From Octopus vulgaris (Eukaryota), in the NCBI GenBank assembly GCA_951406725.2, contig OX597829.1, positions 14,756,001 to 14,820,000 of the forward strand: a stretch of 64,000 bases of DNA, written 5' to 3'. Shown here piece after piece: positions 1 to 14,478 of this stretch. The notes beneath the pieces are model-generated. The model did not search any database. It was not told the origin of the DNA and saw only the letters and a program-made list of their open reading frames with translations. The first letter of the stretch is position 1; each line of letters begins with the position of its first letter. Made by a program: the position numbers and the translations under genes.

Positions 1-562
1 AATAGATGATTTTGCTAATATCCTCGATTACACCAGTCAGCTTTGTTCCAGTGTCAAACACCAAGGTCACCCACTGCTAAGTGATAAGGACATACTTGAA
101 AAGCTGGAAAATAAATGTGAAAATAGATCGATCGAAAGCGAAAGAATAGAACCAAAGGAAACTGTTGCTACCAAGAATCTCCGATCTTGAGGCAGCCAGG
201 AACAACACCAAACAGGACAAAAGAGTCCAATATAAAGCAAAGTCTAATGTCCCTCATGAAGAGGGAAACCGCCACAGTGAATTTTACTTCTTTATAATTA
301 CATTTTCTAAGGTACTCACAGGGCTGAATATTTTGCAGGAAGGGGCTATTCGATTGAATCGCCATCAGTGCTCAAGTGGTACTGATTAGTATGAACTATA
401 TATACACATACACACACACATATTTATATATAAAAGGATGTGTTACAATACTATACCACAGCCATAACAACAATCCAACGTGCCTCTTTCATCAGGTGCC
501 CCATGCATATTATTATGGTTTCAGCACCTGGGCAGTACCATTGAATCCGGCAGTGTCAGCAA

Positions 563-636
<74 letters not shown>

Positions 637-639
<3 letters not shown>

Positions 640-731
640 TTCTTCCCTTCCTTCCTGAGCGTCCAATAATACTATATTTGTTCCACGTCCTCGCGTTGTT
701 GTGTTTTCTCTTTGTGCTTTCATGTTTTGAT

Positions 732-737
<6 letters not shown>
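637..737 (+). mobile_element. 5'-truncated copy of the 15919-16121 repeat inside (TA)n
   Basis: tccttcttcccttccttcctgagcgtcca...gattaac matches 16022-16120. Confidence 0.8.
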
Positions 738-808
<71 letters not shown>

Positions 809-819
809 ATGTATGTATA

Positions 820-1215
820 TCTTTATATATAAAAGTGAAGTTGTGTGTCTGTCTCCTACAATTTAGATTCCTAACTACTCCCACATTTTGCGGTGCAGTG
901 TAACCAAAAGCGAGTATCTTATAGTCGTGATTCATATCGAACCATTCTGGGTATTAGCGCGCGTCTTCGATGAGTCTACGATTAAAAAAGAAAATTACCA
1001 TCATTTTTCCCATTTTTAATGCATTTTTTTGCTATTATATAAGGGAAGTAACTCTCTAAAAATGTATTATTAAATCTCAGAACGTAAAAAGCTACAGTAA
1101 CACCCCCCCCCATTGTGGTTAGCCATATTGAGATGGCTATTATACTTTACATCTCTAAAAATGCTTATATAGTTATTTCCCTTACAAACTCGAGCAACGC
1201 CGGGCGATACTGCTA

Positions 1216-1216
<1 letters not shown>
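820..1216 (+). mobile_element. Non-autonomous Helitron, family 1, complete
   Basis: Starts A|TCTTTATATATAAAAG, has a GC-rich subterminal hairpin ctcgagcaacgccggg (1189-1204) and ends CTAG|T, with no TSD. Homologous to 46481-46980. Confidence 0.85.
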
Positions 1217-1287
<71 letters not shown>

Positions 1288-1803
1288 TACTAATCAGTGT
1301 CTCCTATAGAGAAAAATAAGGATAATCAGCTATTTTCCATTATCTTCATCTTCATCTGAGCAATAATAACAAAATATATATGTTTAATTTTACCTTCCAT
1401 GCCGCGGGCATTAGATAAAGTAGGATAATTGCAACACACACACACACACATACACACACACACACATACACACGCACATACAGTTGGCATCATGTCTACA
1501 GGACATATGGCTTTGGGTCCCTTGGACAGTCTCACATATTTCACATTTCACTTGTTACTATTCACATTTTTTAAGTGTGCTTCAAGATCCACCGTTCCTC
1601 AACAGAATCTATCTATCTGTCTGTCTGATTGCCTGTCTGCCTGTCTGTCTATCTGCCTTCCTGCCTTTTTTTGTGTGTGTCTATCTGCCTGTGTGTGTCT
1701 GTCTGTGTGTCAGTTCTGTGCCTGTGTGTTTGTGTATCTGTCTGTCTCTTCCTCCCTTCCTTCCTTTCTTTCTTTCACTCTCTCCCTCTCTCTCTCTCTC
1801 TCA

Positions 1804-1842
<39 letters not shown>

Positions 1843-2367
1843 TATATTTTTTGTACTGTCGTTACTGTCCTGTTTTTTGACCAATTTCTTTACCATTTTT
1901 TACCCCTCTGCGAAAAGATCTCAGAATTTTAATTGATTTGCTATTCGCAGGAAGGAAAGTTTCTTGTCGAAGATGCGTCACGCTTTTATCCTTCGAAACA
2001 TAGAGTAGATGAAACCATAGCGACTGAAGAAGGAGTTTTTTCTTTGTGTTAATTGCCCTGTACTCTATTTTTTTGTTGTTTTTAAAAAAATGTCCAGTCC
2101 TTTTGGTTTGTGTCTATGTTTTCATTTCTTATTGTGTTCGACGTCTTTTTGGTGTCCTATACTCATATATGCGTGTATATGTACATGTAGAGGTAGGTAC
2201 GTACATATATGTTTATATATATGCATATGTTTTATTTTATTTATTAATATATATATATAAGTTTCAGTCTTGGGTACCATGTTTGCATTGCTACACTTGC
2301 ACTAAAATACCTCTGTGATGTGACATTAGGTGGATTATATATATACACACGCACACATATGTATATA

Positions 2368-2406
<39 letters not shown>

Positions 2407-2794
2407 GTGTGTGTGTGGTGGGTGTTTTAACAAATTCGAGTTTATCCATATATAGACGTGTATGTATGTATATATATATGTTTGTGCGTCTGTGTGTTTG
2501 TATATGTGTGTACATATAAATATGCACATGCACATGTATACCCTCGTGTATATAAATGTATGCACAATAAATCTAAGTATTTATCTGCTTTGGGCTATAT
2601 ATATATATGTTTGTGTGTATGTGTGTTCGACTATTTTATATCTATTTTCAATGATTGCATTCATAGAATTGGTATTTTCGATGGAGGAATAGTTTTTTAC
2701 AGTTCGATGCTTTGGCTTTCTTAGAACTGACTGCTCAAACATGAAATAAGAGCACTTGAGTGTGTGTGTGTATATATATATATACATACATAAG

Positions 2795-2879
<85 letters not shown>

Positions 2880-3057
2880 ACAATACATATACCTATATAT
2901 ATATGTGTCTGTGCATATAAGTGTGTGTGTGTGTGTGTAGAAAAAAAGAGGGAGGAAGAGATAGATATATGCATTTATACGTATATTTACATTTCATGTT
3001 GTTACCTCAAATGTATATATGTGTGTAAGAATACATTGGGCAAATGTGTCTGTATAC

Positions 3058-3119
<62 letters not shown>

Positions 3120-3186
3120 ATGGATAGATATAGAGATAGTTGCATGTGTATATTTACGTATATTTATATTTTAGGTATATATCTTG

Positions 3187-3217
<31 letters not shown>

Positions 3218-3613
3218 ACATACATAAATATATACACAGACAAAAATGTATCCTTACAAATTCCACTCCCGCAATTTCAAGATGGAATCCTCACAATCCA
3301 TTATAATGAAGAATACTTTGAACAGCATAGCAAATACATACCAAAATGCTCTAGCATTTAATGGTGTCTTTGAATGCATTATCTTCCAGTTTCTCTCTCT
3401 CCCCCTCCTCTCTCTCCACAGACACACACGCACATTTATGTATACAAACATAGAGGTATACACATATATTAATAGGTGAAACTCTATCATAAAAAACACG
3501 TTATCCGCCACATTCAATAGAAAGAAATACAACGCTAGGCGAAATCTTTCCCCCATTACGGAAGATCCTATGTTCATTGCGAAATGAGCACTGGAAAGTA
3601 TTCAATCCCACTA

Positions 3614-3657
3614 CGTGGCACCTTCGTGGCACCTTCGTGGCACCTTCGTGGCACTTT
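3614..3657 (+). repeat. 11-bp tandem repeat x4 inside a SINE A fragment
   Basis: Unit cgtggcacctt, normally single-copy in SINE A. Confidence 0.9.
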
Positions 3658-3683
3658 GTAGAGGGAAACTGAAAGAAGCCCCT

Positions 3684-3726
<43 letters not shown>

Positions 3727-5348
3727 AATACTAAACTTGCTTTTCTTGAAACATTATATTTCTTCTTAATGTTCTTTTTGTATGCGTTCGTCTGAAGAGC
3801 TGTTTTCTTAGTTCACTTTGAACTTAAGCAATTTTGGATTACCTTGATAACGTTGTGTTAGCATATATCTTCGGATTCATAAATTTGATTGATATTTTAT
3901 ACCTTTTTATGTGTCTAAATACGCTGGCGCATTAGAAACGATCGTTTGTAATCTGTAGTGCAATCACAAATTAAAGACGTGATGTTCTTAATTCTTGTTC
4001 TTCTTGTCTTATACTCTGAAGTTCTTGAATTTCTTCTAAGCGATATTTGGAATTACTTGTCATACATGACAAATTATGCTGGATGTTAAATTCTTACTTG
4101 CATTTATTGGTATATGATTGTTTGATATAGTTAGCCAAATTTGTTTAACACAGAATGCTTCAAAGATATATGCCTGGTACTTATAATGTATATATAAATT
4201 TATTAATCTCATTTACTTACTCTACACACACACACAACACATACACACCTCTTTTCTTTTATAAGTAGCCATTCACCAAGTTTTCCGACCACGCCGAAAT
4301 CACTCAGTTTGTGACATTTCATACCATGGTGGACTTTATGTAAGGCTTTTGAAAGACTTTTTTCCCCTGGGAATCTCGTACTTGTGTATTCGTTTTGTGC
4401 TCTGGCACAGATTTGTCGCATATGGTTTACATTACGGTTATGAAATGTTTCAGTTTCATATCAATGTCTCGCGCGAGGATCCTTTTCGAAAATCTCTTTC
4501 TGATTCGATTTCCAGTTTGCTTTATGAAAATTCAAACTGAAGAGATTTTAAGGGCTTCTTACAAGTTGTATATACGCACCTCATTTTGGTCCCTACATAG
4601 TTACCTCTGGTATATTGTGATCCGATACTAGTGTTGATGTGAATTTCACATCATGGATGATATTCATATTGTTTGTGAAACAGATATCCAGTATATTATT
4701 TGTCCTGGCACGTCGGAGCACAATTTGCTCCACGAATAAGACATTGGTAAGGTTGAGCAGGGACTCCGCCCGTGCTTGTTGGCAGTGTCATTCATGAAAA
4801 CATGTCCGTTAGTGGTAGCCTTCCTGTATCTGTCGATTGTAGCGGCCTCCTGTGATGGTGGTTGTGGTTCCAAAGACACACATAGGCAATTCTGTGGTAA
4901 GAAGCTTGCTTTGTAACCACATGGTTTCGGATTCAATCCTGCCTGCACATTAACGCGCTCAGGTGTCTTCTACTTATAATCACGGGCCGACCAAAGCCTT
5001 ATGTGTTGATTTGTTAGAAGAAGCTGAAAGAAAGCCGTCGTATATCATTACTTTCTTTACTTTGCAACATAGCAGTTTGCCAAAGGATACTGATAGACTA
5101 AGTAACAGGCTTAAGAACAATATTAACTACTAGGGAAAGAGACTGAAACTAGTATATTTCCATAAAGCATCAAGGCATATCAACGTGAAGCAAGCCACTA
5201 ACTGGATATCAAATGCCATTGCACGGAAGGTATCTATGTTATATGAATAATAATATTACAAATTAAAAGATAGTCAAAGATAGTAAGAAAGATATAAGAA
5301 AAGATATTTAAAAAGAGATGTCAGACAAGGAATAATAGTAATAATAGA

Positions 5349-5422
<74 letters not shown>

Positions 5423-5878
5423 TAATAATAATAATAATGGTAATTATAATGGTTATAAAGATGTGGATAATAATTATAATAACCACATTAATGATACAAA
5501 TAATGCTGATGGTTGGGTTAACACTTATATTAATTTTAGTAATAGTATAACTTGTATCAATTGCTCACGTAACAATTTATATAATGATGATAAAAAATCA
5601 TTAATAATAGTGACAATAATAATAATTATGTTTGTAATAGTGTGAATAGCTATGGCTGCAATTGTGGTACTTGCAATAGTAATGAAAGCAGGTATAATCA
5701 TTCCGGAACTCCAGTAAAGCTGAATGATGCTTATAATAATTCTAATAGGAACCTTTATAATATTAGTGTCAATGGAGTGACTAACACTGATTATAATTTT
5801 AATAATTATGGCTGTGTACAACATAACGGTACGAATCATATAATCCACGAAACTACTATCTCGGCATTATATAGTCAA

Positions 5879-6180
5879 TGTAACTGTAGGAATAAATTTA
5901 AATGCCCTGTAGGTAGCAAAAGTAGCGTGTATACATATAACATTGGAATTAACCTACATACATTTACCTGCGTGGGTACTACTTATTTTTTAAAACTCAG
6001 TTACATAATAACCTTCACATCTTTAAGAGGAGAGACAAGGTTAAACCAACATCGTTGTCTGCGAAAGTCTGAGAATTCAATGATGAAAGTGTTGAAATCC
6101 ATTCAATGTAGAGCATTGTAAAAGGCACAAAGCCGTTTGATAATAATATACTTATATATTGGTAATCTCTGCCACTTATT
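5879..6180 (+). pseudogene. Decayed GIY-YIG endonuclease region of a Penelope-like retroelement
   Basis: Reading across frameshifts gives CNCRNKFKCPVGSK..VY...TCVGTT.FLKL.Y...TSLR.E.R.NQ(T)SLSAKV(W)E...SIVKGTKPF...(C)NLC. This matches the CNCR..CPL.G.C..VY..YxG.T..FK.RY..H..SF..T.LS...W...W.I....C.LC pattern of invertebrate PLE endonucleases. It is preceded by an Asn-rich AAT region. Confidence 0.7.
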
Positions 6181-7244
6181 AGACATCATAAAATGCAAGG
6201 GTGAGGTCATTTACAGATCGAGTGAACTATGGATCAAATGCCCGCACTCTATATGAAAAATATTCTATACTTCTAAGAGTTTTTCCTGAACGTTGCATAC
6301 ATATCTGTGGACCTACGCTATACACCTTAATCACTAATAATAAGATTCTCGAATTATCTTTATGTATCATGGCGTACCGTAATACCGTTGTCGTTGCAAC
6401 GGATCATATTCAGATTACTCTTGTTAACCCTAACTCTAATAACAGATACTGATGGCTGTAATATATATTATTTACTATTTATATCTTTAATTTTAATTCT
6501 AGCATCGGGATATATTTATAACTGCTCCATCCTCCAGAATCACATTTAAATCTTCATAATGTGTTAAAGTCCGATAAACTCAATTTTATGATTGCTACAA
6601 CACGTACAGCTCTTATACTCTTTTAACATTTCCTTATTTACCTCATATTTTTATTTTTAATCATTAGGTAATATTTTGACTATTTACTGGGCGTGGATGA
6701 TTTTAATTGATTTACTTTATTCTAAATAGTTTTGTGGAAATTTTGGTCGATATAATCGTTAGGTTAACGTCTTTCTGCTTATTTATCGGGTTAGTAGTTT
6801 TGCATAATTTTTTCAAGTAAGATCTGACCTTTCAACTGATAGAACACAGGAAATAACTGACTGACACCTATATATTTTGTTATTCTACATATATTAATAA
6901 ATTTATAAATTTATACATTTAAATTAATACGAAGTATTACATAAACACATTTCATTGTTAGGATGCACATATGTTTATTTGTTTTTTTTTAATGCTGATC
7001 ATTCTTCCAATTATCATGGGGAGGAATTTTCTTTTCTTTCTATTTTTTCAATCTTCAATTTCTTTCTAATTATTTCTTTTTTCGTCCTAGTTCATTTATC
7101 TCATTTTGTTCTGTACACACACACACACAGGCATATGTGGGTACAGGATGTCACCAATTGTGCAAATAACACGAAATATGTAAACAACGAGAAAAAATAG
7201 AAAACAGGACCTGTATATATATATAATGCAAAAGTAAGATAAGG

Positions 7245-7569
7245 ACTCCTTTTGGGCACGAATTATCATGGGATTGCACCAAGAGAGTTCCCTTCCAAGG
7301 CCCAAATCCGGGCAAGGGTATTTATGGAAGACCAGCCTTCACTCATACGTACCAGCTTCCCTTCTCTACACCTCTGTTATTCAAAGCAAAAGCAAAGGCT
7401 GATACAATTTGGCACCAGTGACATCACAATTAATTTCTACAGCTGAGTGAACTGGGGCAACGTGAAGTAAAGAGTTTTGTTCAAGAACACAACACACAGC
7501 CCTGTCTGAGATTCGAGCTCACAATCTCACGATCGAATGATCGATGCTGTAACCACTAAGTCATGCGCC
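7245..7569 (-). mobile_element. tRNA-derived SINE family C, diverged
   Basis: Minus strand ggcgcatgacttagtggtta...gagctcgaatctc...cttcacgttgccccagttcactcagctgtagaaat. Confidence 0.7.
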
Positions 7570-7674
7570 ATCACTACACACACATACACACACACGTAGG
7601 GATAGATAGACTTAAAATGTATCTATTTAAACATGTATACACACACACAGACACACACACACACACACACACAT

Positions 7675-7724
<50 letters not shown>

Positions 7725-7735
7725 GCAATACATAG

Positions 7736-8776
7736 AGATAAAGAAATAAATGGAGTTAAATGCATGTGTTATTTAAATCTTACACTTTCGACATATGTTT
7801 CGAAGAAAACATTGCTATTATTCCAGAAGGAATAAAATGATGAAAAACAATGCAGTCTTCTCATCAGTGGAAAAAAGAGAAACAAAACACATCAATAAGA
7901 CATTTTAACCGAATGTGACTGGGAACGCTGGTACGTTATATATATATGGAAAAAAAAACGTTAATATATATAAAACGTGAAAGAGAAGGAGGAGGAAGAA
8001 AGAAATTAGCAGAAAATTGAAAATGGAGAAATATTGCGCAATAGGTGAATAGAAATAAAGGTAAAAGGCATAGAAATAGATATATTTAGTGGGAGTGAAA
8101 TGTAAGAAGACAGTTAAAGGTCGAATTTTACAGATTGGTAGAAATCACTTATAGGAACTAAGAGTATGTTTTTTATTGGCAAAATCATACCTTTAGTTCA
8201 TATAAGTGATTTCTACCATTCTATATAATTTGACCTTCAACTATCTTCTTACATTTCACTCCCATTAAATATATATATATTTCCATGCCTTTAACCTTTA
8301 TTCCTATTCACCAATCACACTATATTTTTCCACTTTTAGTTTTCTGCTAATATTTTTCTTCCTCCTTCTCTTTCTATAAGTTGTCATTGACGTTATATGT
8401 ATTAACATTTTTTTAAATAACATACCAGCATCCCCTTCATCTTATATGCAGTAATCACATTCGGTTAAAATGTCTTATTGATGTGTTTTATTTCTCTTTT
8501 ATTTTTCCCTGTTGAGAAGACTGCATTGTTTTTCATCATTTTATTCCTTCTTCGAAACAAATGTCGGAAGTATAAAGATTTGAATAGCACCTGCGTTTAA
8601 CTCTGTTTATTTATTTATCTATTTCATACAAAACATTTCACCAAAACATGGAATCTCTACATTTATAAGTAGCATGTTACATCCTTGGTACTTGTGTAAA
8701 TTTTTGCTACCATGGTAACTATTTATTCATTCTTTCTGTGATACTTGTAAACATTGAAAAAATACTCATACATTAA
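7736..8776. mobile_element. Old fold-back Penelope-like (pLTR-type) element with hammerhead motif on each arm
   Basis: Diverged inverted arms about 7736-8173 and 8181-8620, then a unique tail to about 8776, flanked by (TA)n/(TC)n. Each arm has CTG(A/T)TGA-GAAGA...TCTTC-GAAAC-A(T/A)AT-GTC. Confidence 0.75.
7783..7875 (-). ncRNA. Type I hammerhead ribozyme motif, core intact, stem I eroded
   Basis: Minus strand reads CTGATGA GAAGA-[insert]-TCTTC GAAAC ATAT GTC GAAAG. Stem II GAAGA/TCTTC; palindromic stem III ACATATGT. Confidence 0.65.
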
Positions 8777-8788
8777 CATATACATCTA

Positions 8789-8911
<123 letters not shown>

Positions 8912-8996
8912 TGATGGATGGGGAGGTAGGTAGGTAGGTAGATCGGTAGATCGGTAGATAAATGGATAGAGAGATTGATTGATAGATAGATGTATA

Positions 8997-9055
<59 letters not shown>

Positions 9056-9154
9056 AATATATATATACACATCTATCTACCTCTCCATCAATCCACCCAT
9101 CCACCTACCTACCTATCTATCTATCTATCTATCCATCCATCCATCCATCCATCC

Positions 9155-9227
<73 letters not shown>

Positions 9228-10079
9228 GCCATCTATCTATCTAATATCCAGATAATGGCCACGAGTTAAAATAAGAACAGTAATAAACGAGTCAAGAACG
9301 AATAAATAGTGCGTGTGCTTATTTGGAAAAAAATAGCCGTCCCGAAATATAACAATATATATATATATAATAAAATAAACAACAGTAAAGATATATAACG
9401 TATACTGAAGGTACAACTGTACGGGAGAACACTCAGAAGATCCCTAATTCTTCATCAGTTATCAACTAGATGGTACTACTCAGTTCTGCATCTTTAAAGA
9501 TAAGACTGAGAACCTCCCATGCTGGCTGTGTCTACAAAAGTTGCGGAGAATATAGGGCGGAGGGGGAAAGAAACCAATGGAGAGTGGACAAATGAAAGTG
9601 AATAAATGTAATTTGAGACGATGGACAAAGACGAAATAAATAAGAAACGAACAAAATATAGCTTCAGGGCCAAAATTACGAGATTTGGTGGGTAACACTT
9701 AGAAGGTATCCTAAAGGATAAGAAAACAACAAATAGTAAGATAGCGGGACACACAGAATTTTGAACCGGTCAACTACGCAACCGGTGTGAAAAAAAAGGT
9801 ACTGAAAGAAAGAAAGGTTGGCCACGGGTCACGTGTGAGCAACAGGCAGAGGAGAAAGAGGGCAAGAGAGAGAGAGAGAGAGAGAGAGAGCGACAGAGAG
9901 AAAACAAGGGAAAGGGTAAAGGGAGAGAAAGGAGAAAGGCTATGAATAGAGTCGAACGGATGTATATAACTGACAGTTAGTAATAGCCGGGATGCGTTGC
10001 GTTTTATACTGTCGTTTGTTTATTCACAATACAATTTTTTATTTATTAAGTAATGGAACGCAATGCACCCTGGCTTTTA

Positions 10080-10164
<85 letters not shown>

Positions 10165-10707
10165 TAAATGGTATTATGCAAAAGTATCTTAAGTCCAAAA
10201 CGTTGCTTTTTCAGTAAACGAAAAAATAGTTTCGCCATTCCATTTCTTTTTACATTAGCAACAGTTTCAGCTTAACAATAATACTTTGTTGGCTGCATTT
10301 GTTGGGTGTAACTACTAACTCCATGCACGTATGATATATTCACTCGGAAATATTTTTGCAAAACTGTCTGTCGTGTGTAGGATTCGCTACACTTTTGAAA
10401 AATGCTAAACCCGTTGTACTACAATTTGACAATTTTCATATCATGGCATCTGAATCAGCTGGAGATACGATAGTTTGACCAAAAGAACCGGCTATTGCAA
10501 GTAAAATTAAATATTGAAAAAACGCATTTGACCAAATTTGGAAATACAACAGTTTAACATAATACCAATGATATATATTTCTGCATATAGACGTATATGT
10601 GTCTATACATATATATGCATACAAATATGTGAAGTTATGACTATCTATCTATACGCACACACACTCTCACACAAATACACACAAACATATACATGCACAT
10701 ATACATC

Positions 10708-10741
<34 letters not shown>

Positions 10742-12256
10742 CGGAGAGAGAGAGAAAGAGATAAACAGATACATACATGTGTGTGTGTGTATTAATCAGT
10801 TTCTTTGCTAACTTCTTGGTTTCGGGTTTATTCCCAGGGCGTAGTACTATGGGCAAATGACGTTCGCTTTAGCCATAGCTGATTGTGGGAGGTAATGGCA
10901 GGTGTGAACTGAAAGAAAGACCGCCGTATATAATATGAGTGTGTGTATGTGTGTGTATATGTATGTGTGTGTGTGTGCGTGCATGTATATATATATGCGT
11001 ATGTTTTTGTGTTTGTTCCACAGCTTGACAACATTTGTTAGGTCGTTTACGTTTCCGTAACTCAGTGTTAATGCAAAAGGGACCGTTAGAGTGTCAAGCT
11101 TTAATCGATTTATACGAGTAAACGCTTCAAGACAGTATCCCTGAAAATATAACACACACACGTAACAGATGCATTCGCTTACAAACACATGGAGACACAC
11201 AGACATATTCATTTACATACACTCATGTATTTTTACACATACATACGCACAGATGTAGGCATATTCTCATTGCTGCTCACTTCATGGAATCTATCTTCTG
11301 TATTTATCTCTACGTAACTGGAGATATAATTCTAAAGGGAAAATATTTTTTGAGCAATTTCATTTGCTTATGGTGTTGCTATATTTAATGTTGTTGTTGT
11401 TGTTCATGTTACAGTTGCATGTTGTAGGGTTTTTTATAGGTTGGTGTAATTGTCGTTGCTTTTGTTGATTGAGGTTGTGTCGTTGATCCTTCTTCTTGAG
11501 TATCAGTATATCATATTGCTATCACATCTAATAGAGTAAAGAATTTCCTTAACACACGGGGATGTTTGGGGGGAGGGGTTACTAATGTGGAGTCTTTTTT
11601 TTCTCAGGTACACGCACACAATTCACACATATATTTCCAAATGTGTATATGTGCAGTCTCTTTTTGACACAATAGCAAACACACATAAATTTATGTATAT
11701 TTATGTAAACCTTTGTATACAATAAATATTCATACATATATACATATGTAGCTATATAACCATTTCTATAAAATATATCACTATCAAAATGTCTATCCAT
11801 CAGTGTGTAATATATATATATATATATATATACATATGTATATATATATATATATATGTATATGTATGCACACACACACATATATATACATATACATATA
11901 TATATGTTTACATATGTATCTATTTATCGATCGATCTAACTTTCTCTCTCTCTATCTATCTATACGTATCATCTATTTATAAATTTATAACTTACTGTCT
12001 GTTTACGTATCTATATGTATATACACATGCAAACATACATACACATATATGCATACATACATACATACATACATACATACATACATACATACATACATAC
12101 ATACATACATACATACATACATACATACATACGTACATAGAGAGGCATAGATAATATATACATTGTATGCGTTACGCATAGTGCGTAGGTGTTGTGCACA
12201 GTAATAAAATTATTGTTACCTTGTGACATTATAAATATATATATATTTGTGGATGC

Positions 12257-12302
<46 letters not shown>

Positions 12303-13126
12303 CGCTTTGCTCACAGAATTGTATTATTGAGCAGTACGCCTACACCTCCTTATGCATGAATGAATACAAGCGCGTATATTCTATATACATGTACAAAGAC
12401 AAAAGACACACGCTTGGGTACAATCATTCATATATGCATATACATACACACACACACACACGCGCGCGCATACACACACACACGCGCGCGTACATACATA
12501 TACGTATACACAAACACATTTACATAAACATTCACATTTGTACACAGCTATCTATTTATCTTCTTTTTTCTAACTATCCATCTATCTATTTATTAGCATA
12601 TCTATCTATATGTCCATCTGTCCGTCTGTCTGTCTGTGTCTCTTCTCTTTCTCTCCCCCCTCTCTCTCTAATATGTATATATATACATATACATCGATCT
12701 ATCGATAGATCTAACAATCTTTCTATCTTTCACTCTCACACACATACACTCTCTCTCTCTCTCTGTATCTATCGATCAATTGATCTAGCTATCCTTCTTC
12801 CTATCTTTTGCACTCTCTCTTTCTTCTTGCTAGATTAAGAAGGAAAAACTTACTGAAGTGTGTCCCCAGAATTCTCTTCTGGATTGTGCACAGATTTATA
12901 GATGTATAAAAAATAAAAGCATACTGGCTTCCTTTTAATCCTCTGTATGGTTTGAGAGAGCGGTAGGGTATAGAAAATGAAAGTCTATATATTTGTTCGT
13001 ATGAGAGATATCATTGAATAAATTATATGAACCGTGGTTTTGAATGCGGTTTAAATATCGGGTTTTATGTTGTACGGTTGTAACAAAGTATTTGAGGGAA
13101 ATGTATGTTAGTGTTAGTGTATAGAA

Positions 13127-13189
<63 letters not shown>

Positions 13190-13739
13190 AATGTAATTAT
13201 ATGTATACATTTATATATGTGTGTGCGTATGTATAATTATATATATATATAGAAGCATATATATATATATATATATATATATAGGTTTATGGATGTCTAT
13301 ATTTATGTGTGTATATACATATGTATACATACTTGTATGCATATATATATATGTACGTATAGGTACACATATTTATGTGAACATATACATACATACATAT
13401 ATACATGCACCTAAGACGTTTGAACCTTAAATCAAGAATATTTGCCTCCCTTGTCTATGCATATTTTGTGGCTCATTCAGTGAATGTCATATAGATAATA
13501 TTAGAATGTCATTTAGACGACATTGCCTGCACTGCAATTGGGCGTAAAAAAGACGAAGGTCATATCCATTTCACTAGCAGGAGAGCGTATGTGGATCATG
13601 ACATCTCCATGGGAGGAAAATAACGGACGACAGCTTTGTGTATCTTAGAAGTTCAGTCAGCAGATATGGTACACATGACGTTGAAATAAATCATGGGTCA
13701 CATCGTGGTATGAGGAGACGTAATGTCTGTGTTCTCTAA

Positions 13740-14478
13740 TTCCTTGCTATAAGGATGCAAACCGTGAGTATCTTGGAGGCAGCATATCAGGAAGTTGGAA
13801 AGGTTCTATCGTCATTGTCTCTGGCGTATCCTGAATATAAATTGGTTCCCGTACGCAACTGACATTGTTGTACCTGAGAGAGCCAGCAGTCCCAGTATTG
13901 AAAAAAAAATGAAATATTTTGAACTAGATGCGTTGCGTTTGTCAGGATGGAAAGCAGAGGCTCTCCAAAGAGATATTTTATGGGAAGTTGACTAGAGGAA
14001 CAAGTTCTAGGCAGAAACCCAGGAGGTGGCTTTAGGCTTTTGGTGGCACTGGCTGAATGCCATACATCATGAAATGAGACTATTAATACAGATGTGGTAT
14101 CTCTCAGCGAAACCAAATGAAGAAGCTTAGAAGCGTGAGTTCTACAAGTGGGACCCAAGAGAAGTACAGGTAAAAAACCAGCAAGAATTCAATTTCACTG
14201 TTACTGTGCTACGCCTTCTCTCAAGGTTTCTACTCTCAAAGCTGGTTTGTTGGATATCTAGAGTCTGATGAGCCAGGCAGAAATCGAGCTGCTTCTGAGA
14301 CGGTTCTACCGCCCCATACTGTGCACTAAGGTGCGTTCGTACTGAAAATAGGAATAAATGTTACATCTGGGAACGTTCCTGTGGAACAAAATTTAGGCTG
14401 AAAGGCTCCCACCAACACATGATCATGCAATGTTCATTGAAAATGGGGAAACTTCTGACAAGAAGTGGCAATCAACCT
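13740..14478 (+). mobile_element. RTE-clade LINE, decayed 3' fragment
   Basis: ERFYRHCLWRILNINW...ERASSPSIE and RME...PK.. resemble the RTE post-RT region. Multiple stops and frameshifts; followed directly by (TATG)n. Confidence 0.7.

Noticed and set aside
1-560. Unique-looking sequence with short ORFs
   Set aside because: No recognisable protein motif, splice pattern or second copy.
1955-2040. GAAA...GTA...CTGANGA order suggesting a type II hammerhead (similar at 9440-9500 and 31745-31830, minus strand)
   Set aside because: Stems I and II do not pair convincingly; probably decayed PLE-like termini, not callable as ribozymes.
3790-3950. ctgaaga...gaaacgatcgt hammerhead-like remnant (similar ctgatg...gaaacaattgta at 19690-19742, minus strand)
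   Set aside because: A palindromic stem III is present, but stem II/stem I or the core is broken; too degenerate to support.
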